Below, piece by piece: positions 44,695-59,433 of a stretch of 64,000 nt of DNA. Source of the stretch: Eledone cirrhosa (lineage: Eukaryota); assembly GCA_964016885.1 (NCBI GenBank), contig OZ024762.1, forward strand, positions 18,600,001 through 18,664,000. The letters are read 5' to 3'. The first letter of the stretch is position 1, and every line of letters begins with the position of its first letter. The position numbers and the translations under genes were made by a program. The notes beneath the pieces were generated by a model. That model was not told the origin of the DNA and made no database searches. It saw only the letters and a list, made by a program, of their open reading frames with translations.

Positions 44695-45462
44695 ATATTA
44701 TTATACCTATATGTCTATATTTCTCTTTTTATATGTCTATATTTCTCTTCTTCTCTCTATCCTACGTTATTCTTACTTATGTCTCTCTCTCTCATCTACA
44801 TACCATCATCTTATATATATCTTCCTCTCTTTATATTTCAATCTATAATAATTTCTCCTTTTCTTCTTCTTTCTCTTTTTCTTTTTCCTTTTCCTTCTTC
44901 TTTTTTCTCCTACCTTTCCTTTCTTTCTTTGCCGTATCTATCTCCCTTTCCTCCCCCTTTCTCTCTATATCTTTATTATTAATATTATTATTGATGATGT
45001 AATCAATTTGTAATATTATTATTGATGATGCAATATTATTATTGATGATGTAATCAATTTGTAAATTTGCCGGTTACATATATATTTTTTTAACAGTTTT
45101 TGATGATCTAGTAGAGTTAACATCGTATTTAAAATTGAGTGGCACTGTTTTTAGTGTTCAGCAATTTTTAGACATCTCTATCAGTGAAACAATTGTTAGA
45201 CTGTAAATAAATCTCCTTTTTTGTACTGTTGACCATGTTATTCTCCACTTTTTCAATTTTATTACTCCAAGATAAACTTACGTAGGAATACAAGTGAAAT
45301 CATAAACTCGTCATCTACGTAAACCTCTTGTGGAGTCAAACAACTCTGTACGCTAAAACTATCCATAATAAGAAGTATTCACAACCTCTAACTGGATTAC
45401 CTCTAACGATATTTTGTTATCCTTTATATTATATATATATATATTATATATATATACATATT

Positions 45463-45563
<101 letters not shown>

Positions 45564-45612
45564 ATATATTATATTTATATATATTATATATATATATTTT
45601 ATATATACTATA

Positions 45613-45702
<90 letters not shown>

Positions 45703-46324
45703 TGGCTGCCAACACGTTTTCGAGTACGGCCACTACTTTATATCCATGTAGGAGAACCCCTACCGATGTGCTGAACGAGTGTGACTTTTTAGTCCAGCCA
45801 GCGACTTGAAAACTCTGGTACAAACACTACACTTGTGACAATTATTGACACATAGTGCTGGGCCCATGGTACCATGTGACGACAAGTGCACAAGAGATCT
45901 TCAGATATAAAGCAATGCCTGTGCCGTGAAGCTTTTATAGTGAGCAAAGGCACTGAACAAAGCCAGTCCCACTCTCTTAACCAAGATGATATTTACCAAA
46001 AAGAAGAACAAGTCAACATCATTGGATACCATCAGAGTTGCAGGTGTTATATCAGAGTTTTCCTTCTCCTAGAATTCTGCCTTGACAAAGGCTAAGGGGT
46101 CATCTCTCCCGGTGATTTTGGATGGCCATTGACTCTTAAGAGCTCCTCTGCTCTTTGACAGGTTTTGTTTTTAGTCCTGCAGGATGTCCAAAGTCACCCT
46201 CCTCACCAAGAAACCTTGGTGGGATTGCCAGTTTAGTCGCCAACGACCCGACCATGAGCCAGGTTGTACTGGGATGAATGTTACCAGTAACACCAACTGG
46301 TGACCTCATGGCAGTTCCAAATCC

Positions 46325-46860
46325 TTTTTACCTGGTATCGGTTAATTTTCTCCCTCTCCTCTCTTGCACTCTCGTGTCGAATGGGCAGGCCACATCCACA
46401 ATCAGGCACGATCTTTTTTCCTTGTCCAAAACCACCAGGTCAGGTCTATTGTGTTCCAGTTTCTTGTCCGTCTGTATCCTAAAATCCCACAGCACCTTCA
46501 CCTGATCGTTTTCTTCCACCGACTCTGGCTTATGCTCATACCACTTCTCAGAATGTGGTAAATTGTTTACTTTGCATAGGTGCCAGTGGATCACCCTGTC
46601 CATCACATCATATCTCCAGCCTTTATAGTGAGTCTGGGCTAGGTGTTTACACTCGGATACAATGTGAGCCACAGTCTCCTCTCTCTCTCCACAGATCCTA
46701 CACAGTGGGCTAGCCTCCTCCTTGTAAATATGGTGTTTCAGCCACTTCGTTTTGAGGGCCTGCTCTTGCGCAGCCATTAACATTCCTTCTGTAGCCTTTT
46801 TAAGGTCTCCTCTTTTCAACCAGTTCCATGTCTGTGGATCTCTGAATTCAGTTTTCTCAA
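46325..46860 (-). mobile_element. R4/Dong-like non-LTR retrotransposon fragment (zinc knuckle plus RLE)
   Basis: TEGMLMAAQEQAL, CRICGEREETVAHIVSEC (CCHC knuckle), LWDFRIQTD, RPDLVV, DVACP motifs. Confidence 0.85.
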
Positions 46861-46867
46861 GAAGGTA

Positions 46868-46868
46868 C

Positions 46869-46931
<63 letters not shown>

Positions 46932-47290
46932 AGTTGCATTTATCTTGCTTTATGTTCATACGAGTTATCACCAAGTCACAACCAGTGACCTCAAGAGACA
47001 ACAAGGTCCGCCATGTTCAAGAAAGAACATACATACTCACACATGCATCTTTAGTGTTTAGACTTGTGATGTACTTATATTGACAGAATCTTCCTTAGTA
47101 TATGGGCAGTTCCCATTAGTACTATCTTTTGTATTTCTCCTATACGCGGGTTTCCTGGGATTTGCGATAAGTAATCATTAGACCCCTTAGGTATCATTCC
47201 CAGAGCGCCTACAACCACTGGTATTGTTTTAGTTCTCAATTTCCACATTTTTCCAATTTCTATCTCCAGGTCCTTATACTTGCTCTTATA
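46868..47290 (-). mobile_element. 5'-truncated R4/Dong-like element: RLE C-terminus, 3' UTR and (TAA)n
   Basis: KYKDLEIEIGKMW...IPVVVGALG...IQKIVLMGTAHILRKIL*, then a ~145-nt UTR ending in a (TAA)n tract (46868-46930). Confidence 0.82.
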
Positions 47291-47448
47291 CTTATACTTA
47301 TTATAAAATACCACACAATACCAAAAACAACGAAAGAACTAATCCTTTCGTTGTTTGTGGTTTTGTGTGGTTGGGTTTTGCCTACCGCAATTTTCAATTT
47401 GTCAACCTTTTTAAACGTAATATATATATATATATATATATACATATA

Positions 47449-47578
47449 CCGTATTTCCCGAAGACGCTTCGTCCTTGCAAAAAATAATAACAAACAACCT
47501 TCGGCCTCCAGGACGCATGGTAGATTTTTGAGACTCATTTTAGGAAAAAAGTAGCGTCTTCGACTCCGGGAAATACAG
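47449..47578. mobile_element. Tc1/mariner-superfamily (Tc2/pogo-like) MITE
   Basis: TA|CCGTATTTCCCG ... CGGGAAATACAG|TA, plus internal gaagacgct/agcgtcttc inverted repeat. Confidence 0.75.
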
Positions 47579-48098
47579 TATATATATATAGGTGTGTGTA
47601 TGTGTGTGTGAGAATAGTTGGAGGTGCGACCATTAAATGCTTTTATACCGAAGTATCGACCATCAGAGATATATCCTGTCATATTAATTCGTTGGCAAAT
47701 ATTTGAATCTAGTTAGGGCAATGACAAGTTTCTTTTGTATCTATTGGAAATAGATAATTGAATAGGGTGTAATATATAATGTGTTTGTAAAGCATATAAT
47801 ATTAATGTCTACATTAAAAAACACACCCGGCTAGACAAGGTTTTATATTAATTTCTCATTAATAAGAAATACTTTTTATATTAGATGTCTATATATTACA
47901 TCTAGCATTATAATCAATCCATACATTATAATCAAAATTATGTTTCAAGGCCTTACGTATCTAAATGAGTGAAATTTGCAACAAAACAAAGTATCCGGGT
48001 TCTTTCAGTGAAGGTAAATATAATTTCGCTAATGGAAACCTATGTTGATATTGAAAACGTTAAATAGTGTCTAATTAACTGATGTAATGCCTTGTATC

Positions 48099-48106
48099 TA
48101 TATAAG
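48099..48106 (+). promoter_or_regulatory. Possible TATA box of the Cys-loop receptor gene
   Basis: TATATAAG about 200 bp upstream of the ATG in otherwise non-repetitive sequence. Weak evidence given the AT-rich background. Confidence 0.25.
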
Positions 48107-48301
48107 AAAATCTCACTTTGTTATTTCACATTTACTTCATCGTCAAATCTACATGAGATAATATTCGTCAGAACCACAAAATAATATCATTTCAACTATC
48201 TGTACCATACAAATTATTCGTTCCCATAATCTGTAATCACACAAAAATACAATCGTACTACTTACCATTGTAAAACAACAGACACAAGAAGGTCAACTAC
48301 A

Positions 48302-49447
48302 ATGAAATTAATTTTATTATTTCTTGTATTTCTCGCGGTCAGTGCAAATACCAAATTAAACAAAACAAATATGCGGGCGGAATTATTGAAGGGTTACGAC
48401 AAAACCATTGTACCTGAGGGTGACATTTTAAACGTAACTGTGACAGTTACCATAAATGAAATTATTAACTTTTATATCCTGGAGGGTACACTTACAAGCA
48501 ATCTCATCATTCATTTACAATGGCAAGATAAATTTCTTTTGTGGAAATTAACAGATTATAACAAAACACGCAGAGGTTTTAAATTAAGCGATATATGGTA
48601 CCCGACCATTCAAATATGTAACAGCGTTTCTGGTAAATTCATTTTTGATGAGGAAAAAATGGTCAGTGTAAAATATGACGGACTCGTTACACTAACTATA
48701 GACAGAATCTTTGAAACCTACTGCAACATTGATAATGAAAAATACCCTATGGATCACCACAAATGCTTTTTAAAATTATGCATGGGACATCAGATGAGCA
48801 CGGAAGTAACGATAAGTAACTTTTCATTGACGGACTATGAACAAATGTCTGGTAGTAAGCAATGGGATTATGTTGCTACGAAGCTCGAATTAATGGATAG
48901 TGACAGAGCTAAGGTTCTAGTGTCCGTTACAAGGAGTATTACGGTTCAAACGATATCTAATATTATACCACCTGCAATGTTAACAGTGTTAATCATAGCA
49001 GTTTATATATTGCCAGCTGAATCTGGAGAGAAAGTTTCAGCAGCAATCACCATTTTTCTCGCAAATATTCTTTTTCTTTCTGAAACGACGAAAGTACTCG
49101 GTAATAGGTCAGAAAAGACATCCCTATACTTGGTATATATCTTAATACTGACATTTATAAGTGGATGTTCTTCTCTCGGCACAATACTTGTGTGTACATT
49201 GTATATAGGCCAGAAGGATGTCAACACAAAATTAACAGGAATCAAACGAGGATCAAGTGGATGGAAAAATAACGTCGGCCCCATAGAAACCTCTGATGAT
49301 ACCAATATAAATGTGAAAATTACAGAAAATACTAAGAGATCTGTTTTTAACTATAGAAATGTAGATATGATATTTTTGACTATTACAGTAATTTTACTGC
49401 TAGTATGTATGTGTATCCTTGTTTATTCATTGCATAAACCACAATAA
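48302..49447 (+). CDS. Intronless Cys-loop ligand-gated ion channel subunit; divergent nAChR-like, cephalopod chemotactile receptor (CR)-like
   Basis: 381-aa uninterrupted ORF of normal complexity, A at -3 of the ATG. Hydrophobic signal peptide ([15 protein letters not shown]); LLKGYDK..VP, W.D..L.W and DIWYP motifs; canonical C-x13-C Cys-loop ([15 protein letters not shown]). M1 ([13 protein letters not shown]), [11 protein letters not shown]1-M2 linker, M2, M3, short intracellular loop, C-terminal M4. No vicinal Cys-Cys in loop C and no loop B Trp. Confidence 0.93.
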   Translation: MKLILLFLVFLAVSANTKLNKTNMRAELLKGYDKTIVPEGDILNVTVTVTINEIINFYILEGTLTSNLIIHLQWQDKFLLWKLTDYNKTRRGFKLSDIWYPTIQICNSVSGKFIFDEEKMVSVKYDGLVTLTIDRIFETYCNIDNEKYPMDHHKCFLKLCMGHQMSTEVTISNFSLTDYEQMSGSKQWDYVATKLELMDSDRAKVLVSVTRSITVQTISNIIPPAMLTVLIIAVYILPAESGEKVSAAITIFLANILFLSETTKVLGNRSEKTSLYLVYILILTFISGCSSLGTILVCTLYIGQKDVNTKLTGIKRGSSGWKNNVGPIETSDDTNINVKITENTKRSVFNYRNVDMIFLTITVILLLVCMCILVYSLHKPQ

Positions 49448-49483
49448 TAATATCGCACTATACATACGCACACACATGTACAT

Positions 49484-51708
<2,225 letters not shown>

Positions 51709-51931
51709 CATCGTCAGTTGATCGATCTACCAATGTACCTGGGAAAAATGACACATTAAACATCAATATCTGTTTACATACAGAACATTATTGAGTTCGA
51801 TACACTTAAAGGAACACTTACAAACAATCTCATCATTCAATGAAGTTGGCATGATAAAAATCTTGCGTCGCATGAAACATCATATCAAAAAAACATCACA
51901 AGTTTGAAATTGAGTGATATATGGAAGCCCG

Positions 51932-52150
51932 GCGTTTAAACCGGCCATATCCGGCCAGAATCCTCTCACCTTTTTCTTTTCAAAATGGCAGTAACTGGTC
52001 ACTGAGTCCAATGTTGAGGTATTCTTTTCTCAAAATAAACAATATCAAAATCTCATAGAATCGATATTATATGAGATATTATATAAGGTAAAGCCTTTAC
52101 TGTGAAAATACAATAGTATATACAGAATAATATAAATGCTAAAGGGTTAA
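51932..52150. mobile_element. piggyBac-type MITE inside the receptor pseudogene (left TIR truncated)
   Basis: Homologous to 19172-19389; right end TAAATGCTAAAGGG|TTAA. Confidence 0.78.
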
Positions 52151-52236
52151 AATATGTAACAGCGTTTCTGGAAAATTCAATTTTGATGATGAGAAAAAGG
52201 GCGATGTACGAAATAACGGAATTTTCAATACATACT

Positions 52237-52426
52237 AGGTGGTGGATTGGCAGTATCGGTAGAGGGTCGGACGCCATGCTTTGACGCATAGAGTTACGAC
52301 CCTTGCCATTCTGAGTTCAAATCCCACTGAGGTTAACTTTGCCTTTCATCCTTACGGGGTCGATAAAATAAAGTACCAGTAATGCACTGGATAATTGCTG
52401 GCCTTGTGCCAAAAGTAAAAACAATT
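52237..52426 (+). mobile_element. Full-length S1 SINE with 16-bp TSD inside the receptor pseudogene
   Basis: TSD attttcaatacatact at 52221-52236 and 52427-52442; A and B boxes on +. Confidence 0.92.
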
Positions 52427-52544
52427 ATTTTCAATACATACTGCGAAATTAATACTAACTGATATCCAATATATAAACTCAAGTGTTATTTAACTTTATG
52501 TTCAGGAGAGGAGAAGGAAACGAAAGTAATTATATGTTTAACTC

Positions 52545-52593
<49 letters not shown>

Positions 52594-52641
52594 AGAGTAT
52601 TGAAGTTTGCTTGAAGCATTGTGGAACAATAAGTAAATATT

Positions 52642-53257
52642 TATAAGTCGTTTGGAAGCCTCGACAATGCAAATGGGTAAATCTCTGGGTAACAAGGTCC
52701 GGTGGTGGAGAGAGAGATATGTAAGTGAGTGTACGTTGAGATGCGTGGTGTGTATAAGATGTGTGAGATGTGTAGAATGAAGGGAAGAGTAAAAGAATAA
52801 AAATAATAATAACAACACAAGAGAGAGAGTTACCTTGGGAGAGATTTAATAGTCCCTATATATTTCGGATTCACATCCATCAACTGGGTTTTTTTTCCGG
52901 GGTGGGGGAAAAGGTTGTCTGTCGGACAATTCGGAACGCGTCTTTAATCAACAGACAGCGAAAGACGCGTTCCGAGTTGTCCGACAGACAACCTTTTCCC
53001 CCACCACGGAAAAAAACCCAGTTGATGGATGTGAATCCGAAATATATAGGGACTATTAAATCTCTCCCAAGGTAACTCTCTCTCTTGTGTTGTTATTATT
53101 ATTTTTATTCTTTTACTCTTCCCTTCATTCTACACATCTCACACATCTTATACACACCACGCATCTCAACGTACACTCACTTACATATCTCTCTCTCCAC
53201 CACCGGACCTTGTTACCCAGAGATTTACCCATTTGCATTGTCGAGGCTTCCAAACGA

Positions 53258-53263
<6 letters not shown>
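52642..53263. mobile_element. Near-perfect ~300-bp-arm foldback element among (TA)n tracts, with a mutated hammerhead-like motif
   Basis: Arms 52642-52945 and 52961-53263 are reverse complements with very few differences and a 15-nt spacer. The right arm has ccc-agttga-t-ggat-gtga-atcc-GAAA-tatata-ggg (core mutated). Confidence 0.75.
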
Positions 53264-53313
<50 letters not shown>

Positions 53314-53314
<1 letters not shown>

Positions 53315-53345
53315 TAGCCAAATTACCCGCGCCTTGCTGCGTTTC
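53314..53345 (-). mobile_element. Helitron-like 3' end
   Basis: Minus strand: acgcagcaaggcgcgggt...CTAG|T. Confidence 0.45.
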
Positions 53346-53577
53346 ACACATTTATTTTGTAACAAAATGATGATTGAATTTAAATCAATGATATAATTTA
53401 TGGAGGAAAACTCTACATTTCAATATTACTCAATGTAAAATGTAATGCATGAAAAATTGGAAAACATTACTTTTTGTAATATATCAAATCAAAATTACAT
53501 TATTAAATATTCTTATTTTGTTTTTTGTGAATCATTTTTTTCATAATATCAATTCAAAACTTTTCAGCGGGGCTTTG

Positions 53578-53710
53578 TGAATGCGTGTGGTTGATTATGT
53601 AGAGAACTGGATTCACAATCATGAGGTTGTGAGTTCGATTCCCGAACTGTGCGATACGTTATGTCCTTGAGCAAGACACTTTATTTCATGTTGCTGCTTC
53701 TACCTGGAGT
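53578..53710 (+). mobile_element. tRNA-derived CORE-like SINE (family S2), truncated
   Basis: gagttcgattcc B box and gtccttgagcaagacactttatttc; homologous to 29218-29337. Confidence 0.72.
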
Positions 53711-54236
53711 TGCGAACGATAGATAGTATTAGCAATTGGAAAGACCAACGGAAACATTGTTTCCTCGGTCCGATTTGGTGAAAGTCGATCGACAAATACA
53801 TATGTATATGTATATATATGTGTGTATATATGTGTATATATGTGTATATATATGTGTGTATATATGTGTATATGTGTATATGTGTGTATACACATATATA
53901 CACATATATATATATATATATATATATGTGTGTATATAAATATGTGTATATATATGTGTATATAAATATGTGTATATATATGTGTGTATATATGTATATA
54001 TATGTGTATATATATGTGTATTTATACATGTGTGTATATATATATGTGTATATATATATGTGTATATATATATGTATATATATATGTGTATATATATGTG
54101 TATATATAAATCTGTGTATATATATATATGTGTATATATATATATGTATACACACACACACACACACACACATGTATGTATCTATATCTATATGTATATG
54201 TATATATAAATACACACACACACATCTATATATATA

Positions 54237-54435
54237 TAACAAAGGAATTGTGGTAAGGAACCAGATGGACCATAACGCACCAGAGTACTCAATACTTAGG
54301 GTAGTAGAGTGGGTAATAGGAAAAAGTATGACCCCCGACGGCAGAGCTCAAGCCGTTTCGACGCCTATTTCTGGACTCAGAAATTTGTCCAGAAATAGCC
54401 GTCGAAACGGCTTGAGCTCTGCCGTCGGGGTCATA
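54237..54435 (-). mobile_element. Family B short foldback element
   Basis: Tail plus a ~48-bp-arm hairpin (gacccccgacggcagagctcaagccgtttcgacg...cgtcgaaacggcttgagctctgccgtcggggtc) between (TA)n tracts. Confidence 0.7.
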
Positions 54436-54543
54436 TTTTATATATATATATGCAAATCACAGTCAGTGGTTTAGACAGTAGAAATACTCATCCTAAAAGG
54501 TGACGGAGTTTCACGTCAATTCTCCTATTGTACCGTCTCGTAT

Positions 54544-55037
54544 AAAATAAAGTACCAGTAATGCACTGGGTAAATTGCTGGCCTTGTGCCTAAAGTAGAA
54601 ACAATTATTAAAATAAAGTACCAGTAATGCACTGGTAAATTGCTGGCCTTGTGCCAAAAGTAGAAACAATTATTAAAATAAAGTACCAGTAATGCACTGG
54701 TAAATTGCTGGCCTTGTGCCTAAAGTAGAAACATTTATTAAAATAAAGTACCAGTAATGCACTGGTAAATTGCTGGCCTTGTGCCTAAAGTAGAAACAAT
54801 TATTAAAATAAAGTACCAGTAATGCACTGGTAAATTGCTGGCCTTGTGCCTAAAGTAGAAACAATTATTAAAATAAAGTACCAGTAATGCACTGGTAAAT
54901 TGCTGGCCTTGTGCCTAAAGTAGAAACAATTATTAAAATAAAGTACCAGTAATGCACTGGTAAATTGCTGGCCTTGTGCCTAAAGTAGAAATACTTATTA
55001 AAATAAAGTACCAGTAATGCACTGGGTATTTGCTGGC
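54544..55037 (+). repeat. Minisatellite (65-66 bp, about 7.5 copies) made of the S1 SINE 3' tail
   Basis: Unit aaaataaagtaccagtaatgcactggtaaattgctggccttgtgcctaaagtagaaacaattatt equals the SINE 3' end. Confidence 0.92.
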
Positions 55038-55542
55038 CGAGAGATCTCAGATATATATGTTAAAACTTACCTAATATCTACTAAATAACTATTTCTTTAC
55101 ATAATTAATTATACCAATTACTGGGTGTTACAATATGTAATTACGGTAATGGCGGTAGTGGCGTTGGAGTTGGGCCTGCGTTTTCATTTTGTCATTATTG
55201 GAAGGGATTCGATATATTTATCGGAAATCGAGACGAAGTTAATATCCGTAAAATGTATCTATTTCATTGTCAACTGTCATTTATCTATTTATGTATTAAT
55301 ATAACTGACTGTCCCTCTTTCCTGCTCTCTATCTCTCTCTCTCCCCCCTCTCTCTCTTTCTCTCTCCCTCTCTCCATCTCAATCTTCCTCTCTCTTTCTC
55401 CCTTCCTCACATTCTCTCTTTATCTCTTTATTACATTTTAGTACAGTTCACCTTTCTGTTACTCAACACACACACACACACACACACACATCAACATGTG
55501 TGTATATATGTGTATATATGTATATGCATATATATATGTGTA

Positions 55543-55578
<36 letters not shown>

Positions 55579-55874
55579 GTATATATAATATGTATATATA
55601 TATATATAATATGTATATATATATTATATATATGTATATATATATATATAATATGTATATATATATTATATATATGTATATATATATATATTATATATAT
55701 GTATATATATATATATTATATGTATGTATATATATATATATATATATATATTATTTGTTTATATATATACATATATATATTATATATATATATATATATA
55801 TAGTATATGTATATATATATTATATGTATAAATATATATATATATTATATGTATAAATATATATATATATATAT

Positions 55875-55958
<84 letters not shown>

Positions 55959-55961
55959 AAT

Positions 55962-56180
55962 ATTGTTTCTACGTTTGGCACAAGGCCAGCAATTACCCAG
56001 AGCATTACTGGTACTTTATTTTATCGACCCCGTAAGGATGAAAGGCAATGTTAACCTCGGCGGAATTTATAATATAATGTAATTGTTTCTACTTTTGGCA
56101 CAAGGCCAGCAATTACCCAGTGTATTACTGGTACTTTATTTTATCGACCCCGTAAGGATGAAAGGCAATGTTAACCTCGT
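55962..56180 (-). mobile_element. Two 5'-truncated S1 SINEs in tandem
   Basis: Both run from attgtttctac to gttaacctcg and share the variant aaaggcaatgttaacc. Confidence 0.8.
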
Positions 56181-56652
56181 GTCGGATCTATTCTCTAAGC
56201 GCTCATATATTCACCTAGCTTATGCTAAACAGAATAATTTTTGAAGCTTGTTTCTTTCCCCTGGTTAGCTTTACTCTGTTGTTCTCCTGTCTCACTCGCT
56301 TTACGCGTTTTAATTGTCCTAATAACTTATTTTGGTTATTATTGCACCGACGTGAGATATATGATTTTTAATGCAATGAAATATCTATGATCTTCGGCAA
56401 ATCACTGATGAGGGACTTATTTTATTACATGTTATCCATGTGCTACCTGCAGTATTTTTCTCTATATTTTATTACATATATTTACCACTACGATTCTGTG
56501 TTTTTTTCTCTCTCTCTTACTGTTCCCCCATTCTCTCTGTTTCTCCCCCTCTGTCATGTCCGTTAACTCTTCCTCACACTTTCACTCACTCACTGTTTTT
56601 CTCTCTCTTCTCTTCATTTCATCCTGCACACCACGAACGCTATTTTTCTCTC

Positions 56653-57418
<766 letters not shown>

Positions 57419-57991
57419 TAGTTTGTTATTTTATAGCCTTACGTGTGAAATCGTTAATGTGCTTAAAAACGCACTTTTAGCGTAGAGAATACTGATGTGT
57501 CTGCTATATTTTCACATTTATATTTAATAGCTTAAATATTAAACCATAAGATAGAGTCACACCTGTAGAGTTAGATGTGTAAATGGGGTGGATGTTAATG
57601 GAAGCATGGGCAGACAGATATATGTGTTGCGAGGAGGTGGGTTAGATAGATAGATGGATGGATGGTAATACGGGTGAATACGAAGGAAAGACTTCACTAG
57701 TTGTGAAACCATATTTACTTCGTTTCCATTAAGGTGCCCCTATTCAGCCTCCATCCAACGCTATGTTTACCCCTTATACATCATATATACCAAATTATGC
57801 TGTTTTAAATGATTCGCAAACACACACACGTACCCCCCCCCCACAAACACATGCACACATATTCACTCACAAACACACACACATATATATGTTTTTATAT
57901 ATATATACACATATATATATATATATATGTATATTTATATATATGAGTGTGTGTGTATGTATACTTATACATAGACATATATTTATATGAA

Positions 57992-58026
<35 letters not shown>

Positions 58027-58078
58027 ACTTATACACAGACACACATGTATATATATATATATCTATCTGTATGTATTC

Positions 58079-58109
<31 letters not shown>

Positions 58110-58193
58110 CACAGATACACAGACACACATGCATATATCTATCTATCTGTATATATCTATCCGTATGTTCATATATATATATATATAGAAGGA

Positions 58194-58242
58194 GCTTCTA
58201 CAGGACTAGTACTGTTTCATTCAGATGAAATCTTCAGGAAGC
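58194..58242 (-). ncRNA. Type I hammerhead ribozyme with a well-formed stem III
   Basis: Minus strand: gcttc CTGAAGA tttca-tc-tgaat GAAA cag-tactagtc-ct GTA gaagc. Inverted partial copy at 58324-58365. Confidence 0.7.
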
Positions 58243-58444
58243 TGGGTGTCATATTAAGTTCTGGTATTTATACATTTAGGTAGTAGTAAGGGAGGGGTGG
58301 TGGCTGGGGGGGGGGGGGGATTTTCTGAATGAAACAGTACTAGTCCTGTAGAAGCTCCTTCTATAAAATAATAAAAAAGTTTACTCTGCCATGTATTGAG
58401 TACCTTACTTACTGTGGTTATCCCCGACTCAACCCGGGACCTAC

Positions 58445-58498
<54 letters not shown>

Positions 58499-58756
58499 AA
58501 AAAGTAAGTCCTTCATCAGTGACCCTCCAACCGTCCCAGGCATTTCATCGCTTTAAGGGCCATATGCCTCAGGTTGTCTATTTCTTCTCACTTTCCGTTG
58601 CTTAAACAATTTTGTTTGTTACCCTAACGTCCCCTTTATTTACGTGTCCCAACGACTTTTTTTAGCCGTTGTTCGCACCAACCTGAGGCATATGGCCCTT
58701 AAAGCGATGAAATGCCTGGGACGGTTGGAGGGTCACTGATGAAGGACTTACTTTTT
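58499..58756. repeat. Perfect 78-bp inverted repeat next to (TA)n
   Basis: 58499-58576 and 58679-58756 are reverse complements. Hammerhead-like words are present (cctgaggc...GAAA; ctgatga) but there is no intact fold. Confidence 0.7.
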
Positions 58757-58971
58757 CATATGCACCACCATTTGCAACGCGCAGCCATCATTATTATCAT
58801 ATATATAATATATATATATATAATGTATGTGTGTGTGTGTGTGAATATATAAGCGCAGACATAAATGTATCTGTGTAAAAATATGTCTGTCAGTATATTG
58901 TATATCTTAATAAATTTGAACATTAGTTTGCAGGTTTACGATAGAGCTCCGATAATTCTCCAGTTATATAC

Positions 58972-59023
<52 letters not shown>

Positions 59024-59027
<4 letters not shown>

Positions 59028-59243
59028 CGAAGGAAATGTGGTAAGGAACCAGGTGGACCATAACGCACCAAAGTACTCAATACTTGGGGTAGTAGAGTGG
59101 GTAATAGGAACCAGTAAGACCCCGACAGCTGAGCTCAAGCCGTTTCGACGGCTAATTCTGGACTCAAGCCGTTTCGATGGCTAATTGAGTCCAGAATTAG
59201 CCGTCGAAACGGCTTGAGCTCAGCTGTCGGGGTCTTACTGGTT

Positions 59244-59247
<4 letters not shown>
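59024..59247 (-). mobile_element. Family B short foldback element
   Basis: Same tail and hairpin as 54237-54435, with an extra internal duplication at the pivot. (TA)n on both sides. Confidence 0.7.
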
Positions 59248-59306
<59 letters not shown>

Positions 59307-59381
59307 ATATACATATACAAATATATATATACACACATATACATATTTACATATATATACACACGTTTATATACATATATG

Positions 59382-59433
<52 letters not shown>

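Larger units (their letters stand above)
51728..52545 (+). pseudogene. Decayed paralog of the 48302-49447 Cys-loop receptor (extracellular-domain part), interrupted by a MITE and a SINE
   Basis: With insertions removed it translates as [11 protein letters not shown] / [28 protein letters not shown]...KLSDIWKP / [16 protein letters not shown]...IFNTYCEINTN*YPIYKLKCYLTLC. This is collinear with the intact gene ([54 protein letters not shown]). Two stops, a frameshift and a short deletion. Confidence 0.88.

Noticed and set aside
49003-49305. 100-aa minus-strand ORF
   Set aside because: Antisense shadow of the receptor CDS with no recognisable motifs.
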